Shown: piece after piece, positions 22,701 to 35,015 of the stretch
Numbering within the stretch: the stretch's first letter is position 1
How the letters are laid out: each line of letters opens with the position of its first letter
Assembly (NCBI RefSeq): GCF_964355755.1
Contig: NC_092672.1
Span: 26,728,437 to 26,792,436, forward strand
DNA: 64,000 bases
Reading direction: 5' to 3'
Origin: Antedon mediterranea
Lineage: Eukaryota; Animalia; Echinodermata
Notes under the pieces: model-generated
Told to the model about the DNA's origin: nothing
The model's input: the letters and a program-made list of their open reading frames with translations, nothing else
Databases searched by the model: none
Program-made: the position numbers and the translations under genes

Positions 22701-25700
22701 GAGAATCGGATAAAATCTGTGGTCTCTAGGCAGTAAAATAGTTTTTTGTTAGTTGTGACCTTGACCTATGACCTTTTCCTCTCAAATTCGAACTTGTCCG
22801 AGCTTTTGGGGCATAGATCATTGTTGCCAAATTTGGTAAAAATCGGATAAAAACTGTGGCCTCCAGGCTGTTCACAGACACACACACACACAAACAACAC
22901 AAACACACAAACATACAGGGGTGAAAATATAACCTCCTTGGCGGAGGTAAAAAGAAAGAAACTAGACAATTTAAAAAGAATAAAAAAGTAGTAGGCCTAC
23001 AAATGAAAAAAAAGAAAAAGGGGAAAAACAAAAGTTAAATAAAGAAAAAGAAAATCAAAAAATTAAAAAGGGAAAAAAGCGAAAGAAAAAATCCGAGTTG
23101 CATTTACATGATTAATGATTATAAATTAGAAATATCGTAACACCTCCAAAAGAACCCATCTTGAAAAAAAGCACCCCCCCCCCACCCCCTCTTTGGTTTG
23201 TAAAAAGTTACCTAAAAAAGAAGCCTATCCAAGTTTCCTTAAAAAGAAGAATCCCATGGGCTTTTTTCGAGGTTTTACGGTATATGATTCGATATACATG
23301 TAGCATAACATTACCTCTGTATACGGGTAAACAATTTTAACATTAGTGCTCAACGAGTTTCTAGAACTATCAAACGCGTAGACGGATACGATGACAGACA
23401 CACACTGATACTGCCTGCAGATTAAAAAGTTTTAAAAATAATATGAAAATATTTTTACAAAACAAAGAGATGGTCGCCAGAGCGCAGATTGCTTTATTAA
23501 ACAATATGTTTACCCTTATGTTTTCTAATCATTGCCGATTTGGATTAGTAGATGGAAACCTCTCGAAGACAAGACGTATGCCTAGCTGCGCGAAAATAAT
23601 CTGGTCTGAAATGTACTTCCATAAATATTAAACCAAAACAAATAGGCTCTACCTATATATTTTCCGTTTGCTTAAAGTATAAAAGTAGGAAGCATTATAC
23701 ACAATTACTGGTTTAAATATAAATATGACCAGGGAAGAGTTAATTTAACTCTTCCCTGATATGACTGTCTAAAAAAACATAAAACATATTTTAGACGCTT
23801 TTCAACAAATTTTCAATTTAAAAATGCAAAATAATGTACGGCAAGGTAAGGTATGTCCCGTATTTATTTCTGAACGTAGGGGAATGAGCTGCCAGGAGCT
23901 CATTTTACTGAGTCTTGACATTGTGTAGTAGGGTGGCCAGTTCATTTACACGCCGCAGGTACTGATTTCAGCTGAGTAGACTGGAATTAATACCGTTTAA
24001 CTTACTTTGAACATTCTTCTTCGCTTGAGATATTTTGAACATAACTAACCAACAAGTATGGTCCCACTGTAAAAAAAAATGATGTACATCTTAAATGAAA
24101 CGAAAGAAAACTTTATCTTCTGGATTTATTTACTTGAAAAAAAAATCATTACGATAATGTTTACAAACCTGTCGATATTTTATTCATATTAATTGTGGTT
24201 TGTTTGTAGACAAATACTTGCTAAGTGTTAAAACGTTGCGTAGATAAGCGGAAATTTTGTTTTGCGAAAGTTTGTTTTATTGCAGTAATGCTAAAAAAAT
24301 ACGAGCTACTTTCACAGAAACGTACCACTGTGTAGCTCTTCCATATTTCTTTGGGCATGACAGCTTACAAATAAACATCCTAAATGCTTTAATATTTATG
24401 GTTTTACGGTTTTAAGTGCAACTGCAATGGAACTAGAATATTGCATAACGTATACAGTGTAAGGGTAGAACTTACTCTCGATATCGGCTGCCGCTATTGA
24501 AACTAGAACACCATCTTGAACAGACATTATCGGTACATCTGAGATGTTGAGTGTGTCTACTTTGACTAAAAAGCCATCTGTAAATCAATACAAAAATGTA
24601 TTACTGTACTTTAGAAAGCTGATCATTTTAAAGATGTATTGTCCATTTGACTAATTAAAGAAAAAATATTAAAAAAGGGTTTCGAAAAAAAGTGGGTCAT
24701 TTTGAAGTATCATAATAGTTATTAACTTTCACCAAAAATTAGTCGAAAAAAAATCATTTAACTGAAATACATATGTTTTTTTGGTTCAAAAAATAACGTT
24801 GACTTCCAGTCAAAGTTTTCGATCAAAACATATCTCATAATGCAACGCGCTTGTTTGGCTACTCTGTATGCATAATCATAAAACTTCAGTTGTTGTAAAC
24901 AATCCTAATTAGCATCATCCATAATGCCTATCGTGGTTTGAAATCTTTGTTTACTTTCGCTAGCGAGGATTTTCCAGACGAAATGTAATCAAATTAATTT
25001 ACGTAAACTTGTTGTTTTTAGCTCAAATTTTCGACTTAAAGTGAATAACTTTAATATTACTTTGATATGGCCAATTTTAATTTAGAATATTTTGACCTTC
25101 ATTTGTTGTATTTCAAAGGACAATGTATCTTTAATATTATTATATCACTATTTGTATGGTGTATTATGTCACCACAATAAAAACAATAATATACATTTAT
25201 CAATGCTACAAAATACTGTAGTACAATATCCAAAGGTTTTCAAGTCAACTTGCCAACTTCATTTTCATATGCGAAGTATTGGATTTCACCAACATTCAGC
25301 AGTTCAAACGGATTGAAATCGTCAATAATGGAATGTATTCCTTCAAACAGTAAAGTATTTTCTAAGAAAATATCAAAGAAAAATAGAGTAAAACATGTGT
25401 AAATAGTAATGATTTGGAGCAAGTTTCCATGTTTTATGGACATATTTAATATGGCTCTTATCTTATATGAATGTCAGAGGCTTTTACTGTTTCTACATTT
25501 GTGTACTTTCCCTGACCTCTGGTGGTTCCGTTTGACCATTCGTAATTAAGTCCTAAGGGTGCAGTTGTATTTAAAGATACGTTATAGATTTCTGAATACA
25601 TCTCTGCATAGTCCTGTTCTTCATACTTGGTTATAGTTGAATGTGTTGCATTACACAGATTCTTCTGCATAGGATAATCTTGAGCTGTGTGTGAATCCAG

Positions 25701-28700
25701 TAAAAAATAATAAAACAGGTAAACTATTTTGACATTTGATGAAGAAAGACTAAACTGATAGCGCAATTCATTTGCATGACACTTACTGTGCACGTAGTAT
25801 AATGGCATTCTTCTGCAGACAATATAGGAACATCTATATAGCCTAGGTCTATATATGGGTTTCTTTTTCAACTGGGGCATGTATGGTAAATTTTACGAAG
25901 ATGTTTTAGAAAGGTGTCAGGCTTATTATTTTTTCTCTTCATATTTTGCTGTATTATTTGCTGTATTTATTGGTTAGTGATAAATTATATAACTCCAGAG
26001 TACAAAGGTAAAATGTAACCGATAATTTTTATCTAATTTTAACAATTTTTAGCCTCTTAACTTTTTGTGTGTTTTTTTGTAAATTGTATTTTATATTTTT
26101 GTATTTTGCCAGTTTTCAAATCACATTTCTGTTTTTTTAAATGGACAATAAAGTATATATGACTATGACTATGACTATGACTAAATAAAATGAAATAAGG
26201 TTTTAATATATCCATCATTTACTCTGTTCACAAACATAGAAAAATGTCTTCGTGCAGTCTTGATCTCTCCATCCGTTGTCTTTACGAATCACACAGCAAT
26301 CTGCACTTTCAATGGTATTTTGAGTTTTATTATCTGGTTGTCCGTCTTCCCAATCTAAGAAAATTAAAACAAAACATAACATTTTTTTAACATATATAAT
26401 ATAAATATATAAATAAAATAACAGCAGAAAACTTGGTTACTTCTTTGTTTTAATCACTACAAATTTGTTTCGTACGACTATATATATGTCTTTGAAAACG
26501 CAATAATTTAGAAATATGCAAAGATTTAATATTTCTATATTATATTCAAAACATACTCGTCAACAATTACCCTATGAAGTAAACTAAAAGTGTAACTGAA
26601 TACTATTAAGTAGTAGATTACCCCCAAAACACGAATTTTCAAATTCTATTGTCCAACGCCATTCGCCCTCTTTCAGTCTGTCGCTATATCCAATCCATAT
26701 TTTGTTAGGAGCAAATGTATAAATAAAATCGTTTTCTTCGCTCGATGAAATTGTTACTAAAGTAGCGTTATGTTCTATACAACTGTTTAGTGCTTCTGTC
26801 CAATTCAATTTGACTTCGAAGTGTTTGTAACAACTGTATTCATAGTGCGTCCAGGTATCTTGACAGATTTCTATTAAAAAAAAGTAAACATCAACTATTG
26901 TACATAAAAAAGGTGATTCCTTCAGGAAGATGGGATACTAGACAGCGGTAAAAAGGGAAAGATACAATTTAGTGACTTTCTCAAGATAAATAATAAAAAA
27001 TACGGTAGATTGAGTGAGTCAAAATCTTTTTATTTATTGTATTTGTCGCAGAAAACAAAGGATGGAAGTGGAGATAGCCCTACTCATTGAGGAGCGAAAG
27101 AAAGTTGGCTAACTAAAAGCTTTCTTTCAAATAAGAATTATTGTGATAATAATATTAATAAAAATGATAATAATTATAATACTAAAATAGGGTATCTACT
27201 ACAACAGTACAGTTGACTAGAAGAGGCCCTTTTAAAAACAACACAAAATTAACTAGCTCTTATATTATTGATTATCTTTGAGATATCATTTTAACTTGGT
27301 TTTAAAATCAGAATAAGATATGTTGCATATAAAACAACACATATTCCAACCATGTTCTTCATTTCAAGTGAATAAGAAGACATACAGAAAATAATATAAA
27401 CTTGTTTGTTATATTGTTATTGTACTGGAAGATCTACAATTATTCATACGTAATGTTACTTCTGGACCAGAGATTGAATAAATGAATGAATGAATAAATA
27501 AATGAAAATTAATACTCTTTATGAAAAAATACGCGAATGTAGGCCTAATACTCAGACATAACCGCTGGGTTTGTTAGAAATTTCGATAGAGTGATAAATT
27601 GTGATAGGGAAGAAAAACTTCACTTCAGGATTTCAGTGCCACGATGGACATGATTTACAAAAAACAAGTTAACTATGCTATTTTAAAGCCTTTCTATCAC
27701 TCGTAGCCAAATGTGTAAGAAAGGTGTACTGTATCACATAATTGGTCTTATACTGGGCTTAGAAGTGGTCGATAATATGCTTGCGCTTACAAAAAATAGT
27801 TCACTCTTCTTTTACACGGTATTACTAATTTAGTTTCAGATAGATTCAGATAATATTTATTTAGATAATAATGAATGAATATATACAAAATAGAAAAAAA
27901 GATATTAAAGTGAACAAAGATAAAGCAGTAATTGGTAGTCGGTAGAAGTTAAAAACTTGTCTCGTAGGGACCCACAACAAAACACATTACTAAAAAAAAT
28001 AAAAATAAACCTAGAATATATAATTATATAATTTAGGATAAAAAATTACAGTATAATAACATAACTAACATCTTCTTTATCAAAATTATTTAAATTATAT
28101 TTCAATAGTTTCATGATATAAATGAAATAAATACCGATATTGGTAAATGAAAAAAATATGTATACATATAATTTATGTATATATATAGTATACTATATAT
28201 ACATTATAGATTAAAGATTGCAATAATAAACAACAACTAATATTTTGTGTAAACATAAATAGTATATGAGTATAAATAATGATAATAAGCATATTAACTA
28301 AGCAGTATAATATTTAGATATATAATGATTCTTTAACTTTTTTCGGAAAGTAAATAATGATATTGACGTTTTGATATTTGGCGGGATATGATTCCACAAA
28401 TTAGGACCTGATATAGTTATAAAAAATTTAGTTTTAGTAAGTCTAGCAAAAGGAATGTTTAAATGAGAAGTTCTTAAATTGTAATTGTGAAATTTGGTAC
28501 GTTTACAGAGCATATCAATCATAGAAATAGGAAGTTGGTTTTTAAAATAATTAAACATAAAACTGGCAACTTGAACATTGTGGATATCCGTTAATTTTAA
28601 TATACCAAGACGTTTAAAAAGGGGTTCAGATGAGGTTCTATATGGTGAAAAAGTAATAATTCTAGCTGCACGTTTTTGTAATTTAGTTAATCTAGCAATA

Positions 28701-31700
28701 TTAGAAGAGCAATCTGCAGCCCAAATAATGTTACAATACTGGAAATAAGGAAGTACAAGTGTGTTATAAAGAGAAATTAAAATATTTAGAGGGAAGAAGT
28801 GCTTAAGTCTGTTAATAATACTAATAGATCTTGATATTTTTTTCGAAACGTAATTTTGATGACTGGTCCATTTAAGGTTTTCATGAATATATACACCTAA
28901 AAAAAGTGTTTCAGTTTTACGTTCAATTTGAATTCCGTCAAGAAGTATATTTAGGTTATCAACTTTTAGTTTACGTTGAGAATTGTGAAAAATTAAATAA
29001 TTTGTTTTAAGAGTATTAATAAGTAATTTGTTTTAAATAAACCAGTCACAAAATTTTGTTAATTCATCATTGAATGTAGTAAATAATAAATCAATATTGG
29101 AATTAGAGTAAAATAAGGTGGTGTCGTCGGTTAAGGATATTACTTGCATTTTGTTAATGACATTAGCCAGATCATTAACATAAATAAGGAAGAGCAATGG
29201 CCCAAGCACAGATCTCTGTGGCACTCCGCAAGTAATATCCATCGTCGACGATGTACAAGATCTTAATGCAACATATTGTTTTCTATCTTTCAAATAACTA
29301 TTAAACCAATTCAATGAAATACCTCTAATTCCATAGCACTCAAGTTTTTTAATTAAATTATCGTGATTAATAACATCGAAGGCCTTTGAAAGATCAATAA
29401 ATAAACTTAATACATTTTCTTTTGATTCAAATGAATTTGTAATCTATATATAAATTTACGTAAGGGCAAAATTCGGTAAATCGCGCCTAACTTGTTGGTT
29501 CGTACTTTCGGTACTGATTTTAACCACCTGATGTAACCCTGTTTACTAATTAAATTAAGTTAGATAATTAGTTATTGACGATTAAAACGAATTTAGGTTC
29601 AACGATTTGCCCCAGATAGGGGTGTTTTCCGATCGTGGTATACACTGTCTAATGGATGTCCATCTTGAAAAATACCCGCCACAAAAATGCGAGGAGGCTT
29701 CGCATTTTCCTATCTCCTCCTACGATAATTGTTTTTAATAGCTGAAAACCGGTTGAACAGCTCGAGTACAGTATCATAATGTTGAAGACAGGCCGATTTT
29801 CTTAAAAAATACTATTTTGATAGATTTAATATACGTTTATACAAATGTATTGATTTGCGATGAATGGAACATTCAAATCTCTGTGTCGTTCCACAAGTGT
29901 CTATTCCCTCAGGCGTCGTAAAGGAAAGTACTGTATACTCATAACAGAAATTCGATCCATTTTTTTTTCAATCTGTGCTGCAGAGGTTGGATATAATTTT
30001 TTTTCACAAATTGTTTAACATTATATATAAACACACGTCGTAGTGTATCGTTACATGTACTGTACTATTTCAATCGACTACGACGGTGATAGTTTCAACA
30101 AAGTATTACATCGCAATGTTTTACTGTGTTTAGTGGTATATTATTTGTAAAACATGTTAATTAATATTTCGTTACAAAATAAAGAATATATTTAAAAATT
30201 GTTCCTCTTTGCACCCATCCTCTTCCCCATCTCTCAACCATAATGTTACATACAAAACACAAATTAAGTTTGTTTAAATTTGACTTAAACAATTGGTCTC
30301 ATTTTTTGACAACTTTCTCTTTCGGAAGCAATTCCCAGTGTGCTAATTTTAGTTGAGTACATAAATCACAGTGTCTATTTAATCGTTCCTGTAAACGACA
30401 TATATTATTGTCCTGCATTATTGTACATTTGAAATCGCCAGTTTTTTAACGCTGAAATTACTGTGTATTCGAGAACCATCTGTGGGCACGACCTAGATGG
30501 TACGCGAGCGAAGCGAGCGTACCATCTAGTATTATTAATAAGATCTAAAACGGCTTGGGATGTAGAGTGATTTTTTCGAAAACCATATTGCCGTTTATTA
30601 AGTATATCAAATTTTATGAGATAATCAGAAAGTTTAGAATACATGAGTTTTTCAATAATTTTGGAAAAGACTGCAAGTAGTGATATTGGCCGGTAATTAG
30701 ATAATTGACTTCGTTCACCTTCCTTGAAAATGGGCACAACATTAACTAGTTTTAAGTGTGTTGAAAAAGTGCCAGATAAAAAAGATGAATTTATACAATG
30801 GGTAAGTTGGTGGATGATTAAGGGAGATACAGATTTTAAGTTTACCAACTTTTTTCACAAACGTATGTCAAATTCAACGTGCAGAAGTTGTCTCTCCATC
30901 CTGGTTGATTATTTGTGCTTATATTGAACAAGGCACAATCTGCATCTTTTACGGCATCAAGCCCTTTATCGTCTGGTTGACTTGCTATCCAATCTACAAA
31001 TAGGTAAAACAATATTGTTTCTAATGTTAACTAACATACAACACACCATAAGGAACTTATACTCAAGTATTGTACGTATAGGACCAGTTGGTAAGACCAA
31101 TCTTCCGTATAAATAATCATCAGAATTTTTAAATCTTAAAAGATTCTGGAAAAAGGAAGTATATATATCTCGATCTCAAATGTTGTGGACCCAAAGCGAC
31201 TTTCTTTCCAATCCTTAGTGGATGCATATTTTACCACTAGAGCTGAATTTTGACGTCTACCGACGACCTGGCTACGGGTACGGCTTTGGCCTACTTTTAA
31301 AATGTTAAAAAAAAAAAAGCAGGATAATATATATTGATAATAATCAATTTAATAAGGGCGTATTGAAAATCATATTGAAAAGAGTCACTTATTATTTAAT
31401 TATGCTTAATTACGAAATAAAAACATGAACATTTTTATTTTGTGTTTGTGTATTTTGTAGTAGTGTGCATCGTATCAATGTTGTTGTTAACTTGTAATAT
31501 TGGATTTTCAAAGACACGTTTAAATGATTCGGTGTTTTTGCCGTTTCCATTTATTATAATTCATGATATTATGATTTACATTTTGTAATTTCACAAAAAA
31601 TAATGCAATAACATGTGTGCTAATTTTAATTTGAATCGAACGAAATAAATGCTTTATTGATTATGTCTAATGACGGGGAACACGAACATTAATCAGTCCT

Positions 31701-32812
31701 CGGGGATCTATAACGTTTACAATCCTCGAAACGGTAGTCATATGATGCCATTTCGACCAATAACCTTCATTTATTTACATAGGCTATATATTATATACAA
31801 TCTATTACCAACAAAAGTAGAGTTTTCCGATTCTATTGTCCAACGCCAATCACTCTCATACAGTCTGTCGCTATAGCCAATCCATATATTATCAGGACAG
31901 TTTGAACGAATAAACTCGTTTTCTTCGTTAGATGAAATTGTTACCAGTGTAGCGTCGTGTTCCTCGCAGCTTGTAAGAGCTTCAATCCAACTCAGTTTAG
32001 ATTCAAAAAATCTGTAGCAGCTGTGATTATAATAGCTCCACCTGTCTTGGCAAAGGGCTAACAAATAAATATTAATTAAAAGTATATTGGAGGCTAGAAT
32101 TGTAATTTAAAAAAAAAAATGAGCGAAATTGCAAAATGCAGAGAGGAATTGCAGTGGGCGCGTAAGTTTACATTTCAGTCCATGAAGATACAGTATCTCA
32201 AGATTTTGTGACGTCATTAAATTTTCATGAAAAATCAATAAACAAACAGAATTAGAAAGTGCGAGTTATTTTTAGCGCTATCGTGCAATAGATACAAACG
32301 AACATACAAAGAAAATAATACACCGAGGCTACATGGTAAATAGTTTTTAAAATGTATCATTCTTCTTTGTTAAAGATGGCCCAGGGTGTCCGAGCAGCTG
32401 TAAAATGAGATGCCTTCTTTTAATTTAAAAATAAAATTATCCCCATAGTGTCAAGCGAGCAATAAAAATCTGTTCATAGAACTAATTAAAGTTATCCAAA
32501 AGCGGCGTGATCATTTCTATTACCAACGACGAATATATAAAGAATTGTTAGAAAGAAACTACATTAATAGGATACTTAGCATCGAACTGGAGGAAGATGG
32601 AAATGGTAGTTGAAATGCTAACTATGATACTGATTAAAATTGTCATGTGACAATCAGGTGAACATATTGGTTCTAAATTGTGATACCCAACTATGACTTA
32701 GGCATACCAGCAATATTTCAAACTTGGTTAAAGTTAAAAACTTACCAATGGTCAAAGTACTCAAAAACGGTGAAAGCATGAGAGCCAACGACAACATTAA
32801 AACCCCTTCCAT
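15507..32812 (-). CDS. Adhesion G protein-coupled receptor with two C-type lectin domains, GAIN/GPS and 7TM (~808 aa, 19 exons)
   Basis: Phase-consistent exons in transcript order: 32812-32746 (signal peptide MEGVLMLSLALMLSPFLSTLTI), 32057-31809 + 30993-30850 (CTL1: WIGYSD, QPD, WRD), 26870-26622 + 26354-26223 (CTL2), 25684-25517, 25361-25254 (GC donor), 24577-24476, 24066-24006, 23414-23315, 21860-21763, 21417-21291 (GPS: WSTKGC...CACSHL/TSFSILM), 20435-20329 (TM1), 19897-19792 (TM2), 18965-18745 (TM3-4: CTILAGYLHY..SFTWM, VGWISP), 17959-17893 (CWI, TM5), 17074-16974, 16358-16190 (TM6-7: GIPWMFG, FNSTQG), 15557-15507 (VRSTLRRHYRRSVNAE*). The 2427-nt assembly has no internal stop. Confidence 0.9.
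15710..15968 (+). mobile_element. tRNA-derived SINE remnant with conserved central domain and L2-like tail
   Basis: TGTATCCTTGGGAGAGACACTTCAC...GCCTCTCTCCACCCAGGTG central motif typical of invertebrate SINE2s. The 3' AAAACACTTTGAGGC...AAGTGCTATGTAAGAA resembles the tail-like sequence at ~1262-1320. Confidence 0.55.
16600..16935. repeat. Degenerate ~42-bp minisatellite
   Basis: About 8 copies of GAGGTACCTGGATAACCATTTGTATTGAAAG-like units in a GPCR intron. Confidence 0.7.
18082..18245. mobile_element. PIF/Harbinger-like (Tourist-type) MITE
   Basis: TIR AGCTCTGTCT(A/T)CACTATCAAACT / AGTTTGATAGTGTAGACAGAGCT, flanked by TTA on both sides (18079-81, 18246-48). Confidence 0.8.
18535..18705 (+). 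repeat. Interspersed repeat fragment shared with ~61650-61858
   Basis: AGTATCATAG(G)AATATTTGGTAA..ACAGCATCTCATGTG..GCCTGTATCATG..AGGTGAAACA occurs at both sites. Confidence 0.65.
19505..19740. mobile_element. MITE
   Basis: Inverted repeats TGTCGACGTAACG..ACGGCGAGTTG.GTTGAGTT (~19521-19556) / AACTCAACGCAACTCGCCGT..CGTTACGTCGACA (~19698-19732). Confidence 0.65.
20966..21203. mobile_element. Harbinger-like MITE
   Basis: TIRs AGCCTGGTTTCC..AAAATCGCTA / TAGCGATTTTAATGGAAACCAGGCT with an internal palindromic, CpG-rich body. TA flanks both ends. Confidence 0.75.
21482..21701. mobile_element. Harbinger-like MITE
   Basis: TIR GCTTGGTTCCCACTAG / CTAGTGGGAACCAAGC with ACGCA-rich arms. An older related copy lies at ~34180-34315. 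Confidence 0.8.
22360..22950. mobile_element. Non-autonomous Helentron/DINE-1-like element (HINE)
   Basis: AACTAGAG + hairpin GTACTC-CGA-GAGTAC (22369-83) + sub-TIR ACCTCCGCC (22386-94), a CA/ACAA microsatellite (~22874-22917), and terminal palindrome ACCTCCTTGGCGGAGGT (22932-48). Inserted in an A-rich site. Confidence 0.8.
27835..30840 (-). mobile_element. 5'-truncated CR1/L2-group LINE (RT remnant), interrupted by a Helitron
   Basis: VVPIFKEG..NYRPISLL..SKIIEK..QYGFRKNHST, FIDLSKAFDVINH, GVPQRSVLGPLLFLIYVNDL, degenerate (F)ADD motif LTDDTT, C-terminal SGPNLWNHIP..FRKKLK. An AT-rich 3' UTR follows. Frameshifts and stops are present. Confidence 0.9.
29443..30529 (+). mobile_element. Non-autonomous Helitron (1087 bp)
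   Basis: Starts TC(TATATATA) after host A and ends CTAG before host T. 3' hairpin CTAGATGGTACGC...GCGTACCATCTAG, no TSD. Excision restores the LINE frame AVLDLINNITNSFESKENVLSLFIDLSKAFD. Confidence 0.92.
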
Positions 32813-33289
32813 CTTTGAAGCGTACACGTACGATACAAGCAATGTATTTGATATGATGATGACTTAAAAGCTGGTGAAGTATCAAGTATTATTTTATCTA
32901 ATATTTATCGACAATTTATATCAAATTAAAGGTATAATTGACAGAAATATACAATAAATGTTGTCATTAGATTATTAAATAATTCAATAAACATATCTAT
33001 TCACAGTGATGATGCGTAACATAATATGAAATGACCATTTAATTTTTATCTCGAGATCATTATGAGGGGATGGACTTGATTGCTTCTGTCAATCAATATT
33101 TTAGCGACGCTTTTTCACAATCATTTTATAGAAGGCAAAAAAATCATTTTTAAATTGTTGTACCTCAGATCCCTTCCACAAAAAATATTTTAATATTTTT
33201 TTTTTGGAATCTGAAGCACAACATAATTACACATTTTTACATTTTAATCTGATGATTAAGAATGCAATGTAAAATCCCAAAATAATAAT

Positions 33290-33780
33290 AATAATAATAG
33301 GAGTATTTGAAAATTACTTGGAAATCCAAAAAGAAAAATAATGGGAAAATTGAAAATTACTGAAAAATCCTGAAATAATAATATAGTGAAATTTGAAAAG
33401 AAAAGAATTTGAAAATTCGACAACAATATTATAAAAATTACAGTAGAATTATAAAAAATTACTGTAATATCCGAAAACAATAAAATATACCGTAGTGAAA
33501 TTTGAACTTAATTGGAAAATCCGAAATAAAATTTAGAGGAATTTGAACATTATTGGAAAATCCGAAAATAATATTGGGTAATTGAATATTACTGGGAAAT
33601 CCAAAATAATAATCTGTATAGAGGAATTTGAACATAATTGGGAAATCCGAAATAATAATATAGGAGAATTCGAATATTATTGGGAAACCCAAAAGTAATA
33701 TTGTGTAGTTGAATATTACTGGAAAAATCCAAAATAATTATATAGGACTTTGAAAATTACTTTTTCCCAATAAAAAAAAT
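33290..33780. repeat. Degenerate AT-rich ~40-bp minisatellite upstream of the GPCR start
   Basis: Repeated TTGAA(A/C)ATTA(C/T)TGGAAA(A)TCC(G/A)AAATAATA units. Confidence 0.7.
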
Positions 33781-34179
33781 CTGAAACTACATATTATAAG
33801 TAAAACGTACATATTTATTAATATCTTCAAGGGACCATATGGCTTAATATTCACAAACTATTTACAACTAAAATTAGCATTTGCATTTTGACACAATTTA
33901 AGATAGTACAATGCACACACTAAGATTTAAAAATGTTAATTGTTTGAATTTAAATGAGGCAAATTTTAGATGTTTAAAAAATGGGAAAATTATTATTTTT
34001 ACTATCGCCTCAAGTTATTTGAGTTTGAAATAATCTGCCGTATGAATACATTGATGTATCGCAAAAGTGTTTTGTTTAAAGAAAGTAGAAGAAATTATGC
34101 TGCTGTGATTCAATCATAAAAAACGGCATTAATTCGATCATTTACGGTACTGTATTAACATAACAGAAATAACTATAAC

Positions 34180-34315
34180 GCTTGGTTCCCATTGGGATGC
34201 AACGCATAACATAAGTGCACCGCGAGCAGTTTGACCAATCACGACGAAATGGATCATATGAACTGTCGCTTGCGATTGGTCAACTCGCTTACAATGCGTC
34301 CAAGTGGGAACTACT
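34180..34315. mobile_element. Old copy of the 21482-21701 MITE family
   Basis: GCTTGGTTCCCATTGG ... TTGACCAATCAC ... GATTGGTCAA ... CCAAGTGGGAACTA. Confidence 0.65.
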
Positions 34316-35015
34316 TTTAAGTTTGACTAATACTCATAACTATTATTAATAATATTTACAACAAGAAAGCAATAGTAATTTTACAAATTATTAACAATGT
34401 AATAATACTACTATAATATATTTGATTGCACATTTTACTTATCTAGTTTATTGCTGTTTTAACGCGTAGAGTGATTTATTCACAATTAAATTAAAACACA
34501 AAGTTAATTCAGTAGTTTACGATTTACTCAAACCCTATTTGCATTTGATATACAGTATTGTATGCCAAATTGGCCGATACAATACATATTTTAGAAAACT
34601 ATAACAAAACATCCAGCAAGCAGAAATCTACAAATTACTGCGCATGCCCACACGGGTAGGTTTAGAGTAGGTATAATGATTACAAAACAATGTATACATA
34701 CAGCCTGTTTTTTTTATATTTGTTTGCCAAGTCAAGCCACACTTATAAAATGTGTTAATTGATTCAATTCAACTTATAAGCGGTGTTAATACATACATAT
34801 CTTCACTATGTAAATCTGTTTAAAAAAATGCAAACTATTAAACGATAAACATACATGCTGTAGAACGTGAGTTCAAAAGGTAAAATTAATTTCACTAATT
34901 CTTAATGTATACCATTGTTAAATACATTTTCTCTATTAATAATTATAAACTAAAATTATACACTACACTGAGTATCAGAAATATTAAATTGCGCGGAAAT
35001 CACTGTAAAAAACTT

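Noticed and set aside
32580-32646. MTILISIIVSISTTISIFLQFD as the GPCR signal-peptide exon
   Set aside because: It lacks a GT donor in the required phase. Exon 32812-32746 gives a signal peptide with a perfect G|GTAAGT donor.
15507-32812. Polycystin-1/REJ-like identity for the CTL+GPS gene
   Set aside because: No REJ or PLAT domain. The GPS is followed by a secretin-like 7TM (LHY..F.WM, GW..P, CW, FNS.QG).
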